A stretch of DNA of 24,000 bases, taken from the NCBI GenBank assembly GCA_035301585.1, contig DATGUB010000142.1, positions 1 to 24,000 of the forward strand. The letters run 5' to 3'. This DNA comes from Beutenbergiaceae bacterium. GTDB taxonomy: Bacteria > Actinomycetota > Actinomycetes > Actinomycetales > Beutenbergiaceae. This document shows, piece after piece, positions 7,759-14,889 of this stretch. Within the stretch, counting starts at the first letter, position 1. Each line of letters begins with the position of its first letter. The position numbers were made by a program, and so were the translations under genes. Below the pieces are notes generated by a model that was not told the origin of the DNA, did not search any database, and saw nothing but the letters and a program-made list of their open reading frames with translations.

Positions 7759-9056
7759 ACCGCCGCGCGGGAGAAAGCGAGGCATTGGCCCATAGCCGCC
7801 AGTGCATTCGCGCCCGCAATAGCCACCCACAAGCCGCTCATCCCAGACGCCATCGAAGCGGGCAGGCTCACGAGCGCAAGCGCCCCGTAGACGAGGGAGA
7901 AGATCGTGAAGCTCACCGAGGAGCGTTTCAGCGCGGTGAGGCCGAACCCAAACACGGCCTGGGCGCCGTCGAGAACGATTGAGACCGCGACGATGGGCAT
8001 GATCCGCGTGAGGATCGCGAGCACGGACGGGTCCCGGCTGAACATCCCAGCGATGGGCCGGCCGGCGCAGATGAGCACTGCTCCGAAAAGAACCAGCGCG
8101 ACGGTCGTGATGCCGAGCGCCGCTCGCATCCCCGCGCGCTGGGTCGTGGCCGTCGCGTCCGGGGTGCTGAGCAGGGGAATGAGCGCCTGGCCGACCGCGA
8201 CGGCGACGGCGAAGGTGATCCCGACCAACGTCGTCGCGATGCTGTGGGCCGCCCCCGCCGCCGCGCTGATGCGACTGGCAGCGAGTGTGACGAGCCCGAG
8301 AACGCCGAACTTCACCAACACGGTGCCGGCCATCGGCACCCCCACCCGCGCTTGGCGCGCGACCTCGCGCATCTCGGGCCGGCGCCGCGCCCCTGGCGAA
8401 GCGCCGGGTCGACGGGCGAGTTCGGCACGCAGCCCGCCGCCCGCGATCGCCGCGCTGATGACCTGCGAGCCGAGCACCGCGGCCCCGGCCCCCGCCGCGC
8501 CCAACGGGGGGAGGGGACCCGCGCCGGGTACGAGGAGCAGCGCGAGGGCGGCGGAGGTGGCCGCGGCGGCGAGCCCGCTGTAGAGGACGGGCCGGGGCCG
8601 GCGCAGGCTCACGAGAGCCGAGACCGCCACGGCGTTTACGGCTGCGACGGCGAGCGCACCGGCGAGAAGGGCAGGCAAGGCACCCAGAGAGGCGAGAACC
8701 TCACGGGGAATCCCGATCGCGGCGGCAAGTACGGGAAAGCAGAGCACCGCGCCCGCCCCCAACGCGCCGAGTGCGAGCGCCAACGACAACGCGTGGGTGA
8801 GGACGCCCCGGAGCCGCTGGGCATCTTCCCGTGCCTCCGCGATGAACGGCATCGAGCCTCGTACCGCGCCCGTGACGGCTGACACCGCCGGGGTGTAGAC
8901 GGCGCTAGCCGCGGCGAAAGCCGCAAGCGCGAGGGTATGGAACCGTCCTAACGCCGCCGAACTCACCATCGCGCTCGCAGAGGCGGCGGCCATCGACAGG
9001 TACAACGGGGTGGCCACGCCAAGGAGGCGGATGACATTCGCGCTGACCCCAGCCAC
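7743..9056 (-). CDS. MATE / MOP-superfamily efflux transporter (about 12 TM)
   Basis: GTG start at 9056. The 437-aa Ala/Leu/Gly-rich polytopic protein begins IRLLGVATPLYLSMAAASASAMVSSAALGR, which is MATE-like. It is convergent with the CdsA-like gene and their 3' ends overlap by 16 nt. Confidence 0.6.
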   Translation of the reverse strand: MAGVSANVIRLLGVATPLYLSMAAASASAMVSSAALGRFHTLALAAFAAASAVYTPAVSAVTGAVRGSMPFIAEAREDAQRLRGVLTHALSLALALGALGAGAVLCFPVLAAAIGIPREVLASLGALPALLAGALAVAAVNAVAVSALVSLRRPRPVLYSGLAAAATSAALALLLVPGAGPLPPLGAAGAGAAVLGSQVISAAIAGGGLRAELARRPGASPGARRRPEMREVARQARVGVPMAGTVLVKFGVLGLVTLAASRISAAAGAAHSIATTLVGITFAVAVAVGQALIPLLSTPDATATTQRAGMRAALGITTVALVLFGAVLICAGRPIAGMFSRDPSVLAILTRIMPIVAVSIVLDGAQAVFGFGLTALKRSSVSFTIFSLVYGALALVSLPASMASGMSGLWVAIAGANALAAMGQCLAFSRAAVQVKK

Positions 9057-9201
9057 CTGACTCCACTTCCCACGTCGCTCACGTGAGGACCTTCCCCGCG
9101 AATATTACCGCCGGGGTGGCACACAGCACAGAGGTTTGGTCGATCCGCTCGCCTTGGTTACGGTGGATCACTTAAATCCCTCCCACCGATCGGGGAAGAA
9201 C

Positions 9202-10467
9202 ATGGTCGAATTCGACGTCTATCTCGCCATCACGGCGCTGAGCGGACTCGTTATTGTCTCCTACGGCTTCTCGATCCTCAGCGCCCGCACCCGAATCCCC
9301 ACGGTGCTCATGCTGCTGCTGCTCGGGGTCGGCATCCGGGAGATCACGACGGCAGCGGGACGCTACGTGGAGATCCCCCTCGACTTCATCCAATTCTTCG
9401 GGGTGTTGGGGCTCATTCTCATCCTTCTCGAGGCGGGCCTCGATCTCAATATCCACCGGGAGAAACTGCCATTGATCGGACGGGCAACCGGATCGGCTGC
9501 ATTCGTGCTCAGCCTTTCGGTTGCGCTCATCGCGGTGATCATTCAGCTCACCTTCTCCCAAGGGTGGCTGCTGAGCTTCGTCTACGCCGCCCCGTTGGCG
9601 GTGATCTCCTCCACCATCGTCGCCTCCTCGATCTCCTACCTGAGCGAGGACAAACGCGAATTCCTCACCTACGAATCGGCGCTCTCTGACATTTTTGGGA
9701 TTCTGCTGTTCAACGTCCTCGTCGCCGGTCAGGGCTTCTCGGTGGGAATGATCGCCCTGAACATCGGCAGCATCGCCTTGGCGTTGCTGCTCTCGGTGGT
9801 CGTTTCGATCATCCTGCTCTTCCTCCTGGCCCGCGTGAAAGTGAACATCAAGGCGTTCCTCATCCTGCCGGTGCTGCTGCTCGTGTACTCGGTCGGGCAG
9901 ATCTGGCAGATCCCCACCCTCCTCACGGTGCTCATCTTCGGGCTCATCATCAACAACTGGCGGCAACCAAAGCTCCACCCGCTGCACCGGCGGCTGGGAA
10001 TCAAGAACGTGGAGAATGCCGCCGAAACGGTGAAGTCGGTGACCTCCGAAGCCGCGTTCCTCATCCGAACCGTGTTCTTCACGTTGTTCGGATACATGAT
10101 CGACGTGCGTTCGCTGTTCGACCTGCGCGTGCTCGCGGTCGGCAGCGCCATTGTTGCCGCGATCTTCCTCGCCCGGTACGTCTACCTTCGGGTCTTCCTG
10201 CGTGCCCACGTGTTGCCGGAGTTGTTCTTCGCCCCACGCGGCCTGGTAACGATCGTGTTGTTCTACTCGATCCCCGCCGGGCTGAACCTCGATGGTTTCG
10301 ACGACGGCGTGGTGTTCTTCGTCGTCATGGTCACCACCGTCATCATGATGGTGGGTAGCGTCTTCTTCACCCCGACCCACGCGACGCGGCAGGCGGAGAA
10401 CTCGAGGAACGAACCGGGCGGGGCTCAGGCCCGCGCAAGCTCGCCGCGACCAGCGGCCAAACGCTGA
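9202..10467 (+). CDS. Cation:proton antiporter (Na+/H+ exchanger family, CPA-type)
   Basis: Preferred start is ATG 9202 (GGGGAAG upstream), giving MVEFDVYLAITALSGLVIVSYGF... The track start TTG 9136 has its SD too close. The 421-aa polytopic protein shows the typical exchanger pattern (LGLILILLEAGLDLN, ESALSDIFGILLFNV). Its 3' end overlaps the convergent ATPase gene by 43 nt. Confidence 0.7.
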   Translation: MVEFDVYLAITALSGLVIVSYGFSILSARTRIPTVLMLLLLGVGIREITTAAGRYVEIPLDFIQFFGVLGLILILLEAGLDLNIHREKLPLIGRATGSAAFVLSLSVALIAVIIQLTFSQGWLLSFVYAAPLAVISSTIVASSISYLSEDKREFLTYESALSDIFGILLFNVLVAGQGFSVGMIALNIGSIALALLLSVVVSIILLFLLARVKVNIKAFLILPVLLLVYSVGQIWQIPTLLTVLIFGLIINNWRQPKLHPLHRRLGIKNVENAAETVKSVTSEAAFLIRTVFFTLFGYMIDVRSLFDLRVLAVGSAIVAAIFLARYVYLRVFLRAHVLPELFFAPRGLVTIVLFYSIPAGLNLDGFDDGVVFFVVMVTTVIMMVGSVFFTPTHATRQAENSRNEPGGAQARASSPRPAAKR

Positions 10468-12305
10468 CCGGATCGGTGGAAGATCGGGCGGGCGCGGCGT
10501 GCACGCAGGGCGTACAGGATCGCCGCGAGGTCGACGAACTCCTGGGTGAGCGCGCCGATGACGGCCGGGATCGCCCCCGTCGCAGCTATGCCCATGAGCC
10601 CCACCGATAGGCCGATCCCGATCCAGATCGCCGTGAGGGCCACCGAGACGGTGTGCTTCGCGATATGAACCGTGTCGACGACCCGGCCGAGGTCGTCGTG
10701 CAGAATGACGGCGTCCGCCGCTTCGCCCGCGGCCGTCGCGCCCTTGGCGCCCATCGCGATCCCGACGTCCGCCGCCGCGAGCACGGGCGCGTCGTTGACG
10801 CCATCACCCACCATGAGGCTCGGATGCGGAAACTGCGAGAGCAGGCGCACCTTATCCTCCGGGAGCAGTTCGCTGTGCACCTCCGCGATTCCCACCTCGC
10901 CCGCGACCGCCGCCGCCGTCGCTGCGCCATCCCCGGTGAGCACCGCTTGGTGGACTTCACGGGCCGCGAGCCAGCGAACGACGTCAGGCGCCTCCGGGCG
11001 AATCGGGTCGGCAAGGATCAAGGTGCCCGCGAAGGCTGTGCCGATTGCGACGTAGGCGGCCGCGTGGCCGGGCTGCAGGGCTGCGGGTTCCGGCCGCTGG
11101 GATTCGTCCAGGATGGCGGTGATGAACGAGAGTTTTCCGACTCGGACCCGGGTGCCCGCGACTGTGGCCTCCACCCCGTTCGTCGCGATTTCGCTCGCGT
11201 CGGTGACCGGGGAGAGCTCCAGTCCCCGTTCCCGTGCGGCGCGGAGAATCCCGGAGGCGAACACGTGCGTGGAGTACTGCTCCGCCGCCGCGGCGGCGGT
11301 GAGCACGTCCGTCTCGGTGAAATCCCCGGCAGGGTGAACGTCCGTGAGCTCGGGACGGCCCTGGGTGAGCGTGCCCGTCTTGTCGAACGCAGCGGTCCTC
11401 ACCCGGGAGAGGGCTTCGAGCACCGAACCGCCCTTGACGATGACGCCGTTCTTCGCCGACTGTGAGAGCCCGCCCAGGAACGCGACCGGGGCAGCGATGA
11501 GGAGCGGGCACGGGGTGGCGAGCACGAGCACTTCGGCGAACCGCGTCGGATTCCCCGACACCCACCAGGCGATGCCGGCGAGCGCGAGGGAGAAAACCGT
11601 GAACGGAACCGCGAACCGGTCGGCGAGGCGCACGATGGGCGCCTTCGATTCTTGAGCCGCGTGGACGAGGGTGATGATGCGCTGGTATTGACTTTCTGAC
11701 GCCGGTCGCAGGGCGCGGGCGGTGACGGCATCCGTGCCGTTGACCGCCCCCGAGGGGACCTCCGCGCCTGCGCTCAGGGTCACGGGCAGACTCTCGCCGG
11801 TGAGGGAGGAGGTATCGAAGGCCGCGGATGAGCTCACGAGCTCGACGTCGACGGGCACGGTCTCTGCGGGGCGGATGAGAAGCAGGTCGCCGGGGAGGAC
11901 TTCGTCCGCCGGGCGATCCTCGGGAGCTCCCTGCGCAGAAGGGAGCACGTGGGCGATATCGGGTGCCCGATCGAGGAGCGAGGTGAGTTCCCGGCGGGCC
12001 CGCTGCTCGGCGTAATCCTCCAACGCCTCCCCGCCGGTGAGCATGAGGGCAACGATGAGCGCCGCCGCGTACTCGCCGGTGGCGAGGGTGGCTGCCATCG
12101 CGACGACGGCGAGGATGTCCAGCCCCCAATGCCCGCGGAGGATATCTTTGACCATTCCCACGCTCACCCACACGATAATCCCGAGCACGTAGATGGTCGC
12201 CGCGAAACGCGCCGCCGTCGCTACATTGGCGAGGTAGAGCCCGGCGACCAGGAGCCCGACGACGATCGTGGCAAGGACGAGTGGGTAGCGGCGCAGGAGG
12301 TTCAT
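10425..12305 (-). CDS. Heavy-metal-translocating P1B-type ATPase, TPCP motif, no N-terminal HMA domain (P1B-5-like)
   Basis: Motifs: TGES (SSLTGESLP), DKTGTLT, MVGDGVNDAP, and the TM motif LATPCPLL (T-P-C-P encoded at 11505-11516). The start is uncertain: ATG 12305 (MNLLRRYPLVLAT...) or TTG 12344 as in the track. The protein begins directly with TM helices. Confidence 0.9.
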   Translation of the reverse strand: MNLLRRYPLVLATIVVGLLVAGLYLANVATAARFAATIYVLGIIVWVSVGMVKDILRGHWGLDILAVVAMAATLATGEYAAALIVALMLTGGEALEDYAEQRARRELTSLLDRAPDIAHVLPSAQGAPEDRPADEVLPGDLLLIRPAETVPVDVELVSSSAAFDTSSLTGESLPVTLSAGAEVPSGAVNGTDAVTARALRPASESQYQRIITLVHAAQESKAPIVRLADRFAVPFTVFSLALAGIAWWVSGNPTRFAEVLVLATPCPLLIAAPVAFLGGLSQSAKNGVIVKGGSVLEALSRVRTAAFDKTGTLTQGRPELTDVHPAGDFTETDVLTAAAAAEQYSTHVFASGILRAARERGLELSPVTDASEIATNGVEATVAGTRVRVGKLSFITAILDESQRPEPAALQPGHAAAYVAIGTAFAGTLILADPIRPEAPDVVRWLAAREVHQAVLTGDGAATAAAVAGEVGIAEVHSELLPEDKVRLLSQFPHPSLMVGDGVNDAPVLAAADVGIAMGAKGATAAGEAADAVILHDDLGRVVDTVHIAKHTVSVALTAIWIGIGLSVGLMGIAATGAIPAVIGALTQEFVDLAAILYALRARRARPIFHRSGQRLAAGRGELARA

Positions 12306-12418
12306 AACCCCATTGAACCCCAGTAATGGCGCGGCTTCTAGCAAGGATAGGCTTGGCTAACTGCTTGTACTCGAGCGGATCGGACCCCTCGAGCGTGGGA
12401 ACAGACGCAGTCGAGGCG

Positions 12419-12434
12419 ATACCCTGCGGGGTAT
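12419..12434. promoter_or_regulatory. Perfect dyad ATACCC-TGCG-GGGTAT, a CsoR/RcnR-family-type operator look-alike
   Basis: 6-bp perfect inverted arms with a 4-nt spacer lie between the divergent P1B ATPase and DUF2892-like genes. The dyad overlaps TATGGT (12432-12437), a TANNNT-type -10, which is followed by in-frame GTGs at 12438 and 12444. Confidence 0.35.
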
Positions 12435-12437
12435 GGT

Positions 12438-12629
12438 GTGTGGGTGTGCAAATGGAACCGACGTGGCCCTCTTTTGAACCGGATCGTGCGGGGAACGATC
12501 GGGGCGTTCATCATGGCTTTCGCCCTCGCGAGTTGGCAGACACCGCTGATCGCCGCTTTCGGCGCAGTGACGTCGCTGTTCGTGCTTGTTACGGCGTTCA
12601 CCGGCAGGTGTCTGGGGGAGCGGGGGTAG
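12438..12629 (+). CDS. Small two-TM membrane protein, DUF2892 (YgaP-C-terminal-like)
   Basis: 63 aa (61 aa if it starts at GTG 12444). N-R-I-V-R-G-x-I-G, two hydrophobic helices and a C-terminal FTGRC fit my recollection of the DUF2892 pattern (DR..R...G ... G.CP). A strong hairpin follows. Confidence 0.55.
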   Translation: MWVCKWNRRGPLLNRIVRGTIGAFIMAFALASWQTPLIAAFGAVTSLFVLVTAFTGRCLGERG

Positions 12630-12650
12630 AACCGGTGCTCGAACGAAGAA

Positions 12651-12673
12651 CCGCCCCCGGGCCCGGGGGGCGG
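12651..12673. terminator. GC-rich hairpin between convergent genes (probable bidirectional terminator)
   Basis: CCGCCCCCGGGCCCGGGGGGCGG is near-perfectly self-complementary. It lies between the stops of 12438..12629 (+) and 12698..13810 (-). There is no clear U-tract, which is common in high-GC actinobacteria. Confidence 0.5.
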
Positions 12674-12697
12674 TCGGTCGCGGGCTCAGCCGCGGGT

Positions 12698-13810
12698 TCA
12701 GACGGGGAAGCGGAACGTAGCTGCCAACGCCGTACCGTTGGGCATGTCGTCGGCGCGCACCGCGTACACTTTGCCATTGACGATGAGGGTTCGGCGCAGA
12801 ATCTCGTCACCTACACCGTAGTTCGAGGCGTCGTCCTGCGAGGACTCGATCACTTCGGCAGTGGTCTCATCCACATAGCCGGGGATCCGTTGGTCAATGT
12901 CGACCATGAGGGCATCGATCGCGTTGTACACCGCGGCGCGGGCGATATGGGCGAGATCGGTTGAGCCCAGGCCTTGCGCGGCTTTTGCCTGAAAGTCCTC
13001 GCGCACCTCGGCGATCTCCTGGGCGTACAGGTCGTCCAGGATCGGCCGGGCCCGTTCGGCTAGTTGCTCCGGGGAGAGACTTTCGGGGTTGCCCGAGATC
13101 GTCTCCTGGGCGAGGAATTTATAGGAGTTCGTGCGCCGGTAGGCACTCGCCAACGGATCAGCAGAGGCAAGGATCAACGGGAGTCTCTCCCGGCGTAGTA
13201 CCGGCAGGATCGCCTTGTTGATGGCGGCGGTGTACTGCTGAGCGCGAAGATCGCCGTCTTCGCTGCCCTTGCCGAAAGTGGCCCGGCCCGAGAGGTCGAG
13301 GTTGAGGTAGGAATCGATATCAGCCGGCATCTCCGCCGGTTGTAGTTCCCGCGCGGGAGTGTCTGCGGCAACCTTCACCAGCCGAACGGAGTTCTGCGCG
13401 AGTGCGAGCACATACGCCGATTGCGGGAACGTGATCGTGCGCAGTAACGGCTTGATATAGAACCGATCCGCGATATCCACGGTCGCGGTGAACCGGTTGG
13501 GAAGGCGATAGGTTTCAAACATGCCTTCCGAGATGAACACCGCCAGCGAGTTCGACTGGTACTGCCAGAACAAAGCATCCTGAAGGAGCGTTTCCACCGA
13601 CTCCTTCACCCGCTCAAGCATGTCTTTACCAACCTGGGCGGACTCCAGCTGCCCGAGGACCTCGCGCAACTGGTTCTTCAACTCGATCCGCGCCCGCTCC
13701 CCATCCTCGGGCAACGGGCCCGCGGGAGTGTAAATGGAAACGCAATTGGGTTCGCGAACCGCGGCCAAAAGGTCGATATCACCACGGCTTGGGATGTCTT
13801 TGTGGGCCAT
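12698..13810 (-). CDS. eRF1-like bacterial release-factor-family protein (baeRF3-type), function unknown
   Basis: ATG 13810 with a strong SD (GAAGGAGA, 7-nt spacer); the track start 13849 is less likely. Blocks that match my recollection of this family: CVSIYTPAG...RIELKNQLREV, DALFWQYQSNSLAVFISEGMFETYRLPNRF, DRFYIKPLL, SAYVLALAQNSVRLV, LPLILASADPLASAYRRTNSY, ISGNPESLSPEQLAERARPIL and KVYAVRADDMPNGTALAATFRF. The CDS call is solid; the family name is less certain. Confidence 0.65.
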   Translation of the reverse strand: MAHKDIPSRGDIDLLAAVREPNCVSIYTPAGPLPEDGERARIELKNQLREVLGQLESAQVGKDMLERVKESVETLLQDALFWQYQSNSLAVFISEGMFETYRLPNRFTATVDIADRFYIKPLLRTITFPQSAYVLALAQNSVRLVKVAADTPARELQPAEMPADIDSYLNLDLSGRATFGKGSEDGDLRAQQYTAAINKAILPVLRRERLPLILASADPLASAYRRTNSYKFLAQETISGNPESLSPEQLAERARPILDDLYAQEIAEVREDFQAKAAQGLGSTDLAHIARAAVYNAIDALMVDIDQRIPGYVDETTAEVIESSQDDASNYGVGDEILRRTLIVNGKVYAVRADDMPNGTALAATFRFPV

Positions 13811-13823
13811 GAACGAATCTCCT

Positions 13824-13900
13824 TCACGATGAGTTCCCACCGCATCCAACGGAGTCGTTCCCCGCCGGTTTCCTGCGGTGGACTGCCAGTCTAATCGTGA
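13824..13900 (-). promoter_or_regulatory. Nested inverted repeats in the putative 5' leader of the baeRF-like gene
   Basis: The outer pair TCACGAT (13824-13830) / ATCGTGA (13894-13900) encloses the inner pair CCACCGCA (13837-13844) / TGCGGTGG (13874-13881). On the minus-strand transcript the 3' outer arm directly abuts the SD (AUCGUGAAGGAGA). Confidence 0.3.
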
Positions 13901-13990
13901 GCATCGAGATTCTGCGGGGCTTTCTACCTATCCGGCCGTCTGGGCACCGGCGATCGGGGGCGGCAAGACACCCGAGTAGGGTAGGAGGCG

Positions 13991-14560
13991 ATGAGTACGC
14001 GCACCGCGGCCGCCCGCGCCCAGATCCCCTGGCACTGGGGCGCACCGCCGCGCGCGAGCGTTCCTGCCCGCACGGCCGAGCTCGGGCCGCCGATCACGCG
14101 CACAGCGGTCACCCGCGCGGACCCGGGGTCCCTGATGATGTGGGTCGCGCAATTGCGCCGAGCACCCTACTCCTATGACTGGATCGATAACTTCGGGCGA
14201 CGCAGCCCGCGCCGCCCCGATCCGGCCCTGCGCGACCTCGAGTCGGGCGATCCGCTCATGTACATATTCACCGTCACCGGCTATGGCGAGCGCCACGTCG
14301 AAGCGAAGATGACCTCCCGGGTTCCGCGAGCCGTCTTCGGGGAGGTAGTCATCCGCTACGACGTGCACGAGGTCGGCACGGCCTCGGTGCTGCAGTACAC
14401 GATGTGGCTCCCGGCCACGAGTTTCCTTGCCCGGATCCGGCGCTATCTGCTCGCCTGGGCCGACCTGCCTATGGCGAGAAAGCAGCTCCTCACGCTCATC
14501 GCCCTCGCGCAGGCGGTGCCGGTGGGCCAGTACGATCGGCCTACCCCTACGAAGGAGTGA
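13991..14560 (+). CDS. SRPBCC (START/Bet v1-like) superfamily protein
   Basis: ATG 13991 follows AGGAGG. The block MMWVAQLRRAPYSYDWIDNFGRRSPRRPDPALRDLESGDPLMYIF matches a recurrent actinobacterial SRPBCC pattern (QLR.APYSYD..DN.GRRSP) as I recall it. Confidence 0.65.
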   Translation: MSTRTAAARAQIPWHWGAPPRASVPARTAELGPPITRTAVTRADPGSLMMWVAQLRRAPYSYDWIDNFGRRSPRRPDPALRDLESGDPLMYIFTVTGYGERHVEAKMTSRVPRAVFGEVVIRYDVHEVGTASVLQYTMWLPATSFLARIRRYLLAWADLPMARKQLLTLIALAQAVPVGQYDRPTPTKE

Positions 14561-14563
14561 AAC

Positions 14564-14878
14564 ATGGCTGGACTCGTTGTCCTGCACGTATCGGATCGGC
14601 CCGCGAACATTACTCGTGCGCTGTCCGCCGCGGAACTCATCACCTCCCGCGAGCCTATGCGGGTCCAGGTCGTCGTCAACGGTGAGGCGATCATCGGACT
14701 CAGCGGATCCGAGCCGATCGACGTGGGCGCCGGAGTGAGCATCTGGGCGTGTGAGCGAGCGTTGAGGCAACACGATCTCGCACTCGATGGGCTCCGGCCC
14801 GGGGTGGGCACGGTACCCTCGGCGGTGATCGCCCTCGCGAACGCCCAGCACGAAGGCGCCGCCTACATTCGGATCTAG
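14564..14878 (+). CDS. DsrE/DsrF-like family protein (COG1416-type)
   Basis: ATG 14564 is 3 nt after the upstream stop, with GAAGGAG as SD. The 104-aa protein has VVLHVSD...VQVVVNGEAI...IWACERALRQH...VPSAVIALANAQHEGAAYIRI, matching the small DsrE-like fold pattern (V.hv.....v.vV.hG.a......ACe.sl......VpsGv..l...Q..GyaYI). Confidence 0.7.
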   Translation: MAGLVVLHVSDRPANITRALSAAELITSREPMRVQVVVNGEAIIGLSGSEPIDVGAGVSIWACERALRQHDLALDGLRPGVGTVPSAVIALANAQHEGAAYIRI

Positions 14879-14889
14879 GAAGTGCTCAC

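Noticed and set aside
9172-10380. 402-aa minus-strand ORF antisense to the antiporter gene
   Set aside because: Its composition is extreme in D/E/H/R/G (HHHDDGGDHDDEEHH...), it has no motifs, and it is exactly antisense to a convincing membrane-protein ORF. This is a typical shadow ORF in GC-rich DNA.
10984-12171. 395-aa minus-strand ORF in an alternate frame of the P1B ATPase gene
   Set aside because: It is an R/P/G-rich out-of-frame product. The ATPase frame contains the TGES, DKTGT and GDGVNDAP motifs.
12370-12396. Direct repeat of CTCGAGCG (two XhoI-type palindromes 19 nt apart) upstream of the ATPase
   Set aside because: It could form a 6-bp hairpin or a binding site, but it is short and has no supporting context. 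The nearby ATACCC/GGGTAT dyad is the stronger candidate.
12326-12964. 212-aa plus-strand ORF running from the ATPase/DUF2892 intergenic region into the baeRF-like gene
   Set aside because: It crosses a strong hairpin terminator and overlaps two better-supported genes. It has no motifs and is in a different frame from the DUF2892-like ORF.
13928-14851. 307-aa minus-strand ORF spanning the SRPBCC and DsrE-like genes
   Set aside because: It lies antisense to two genes that have strong SDs and family motifs, and its own sequence has no recognisable features.
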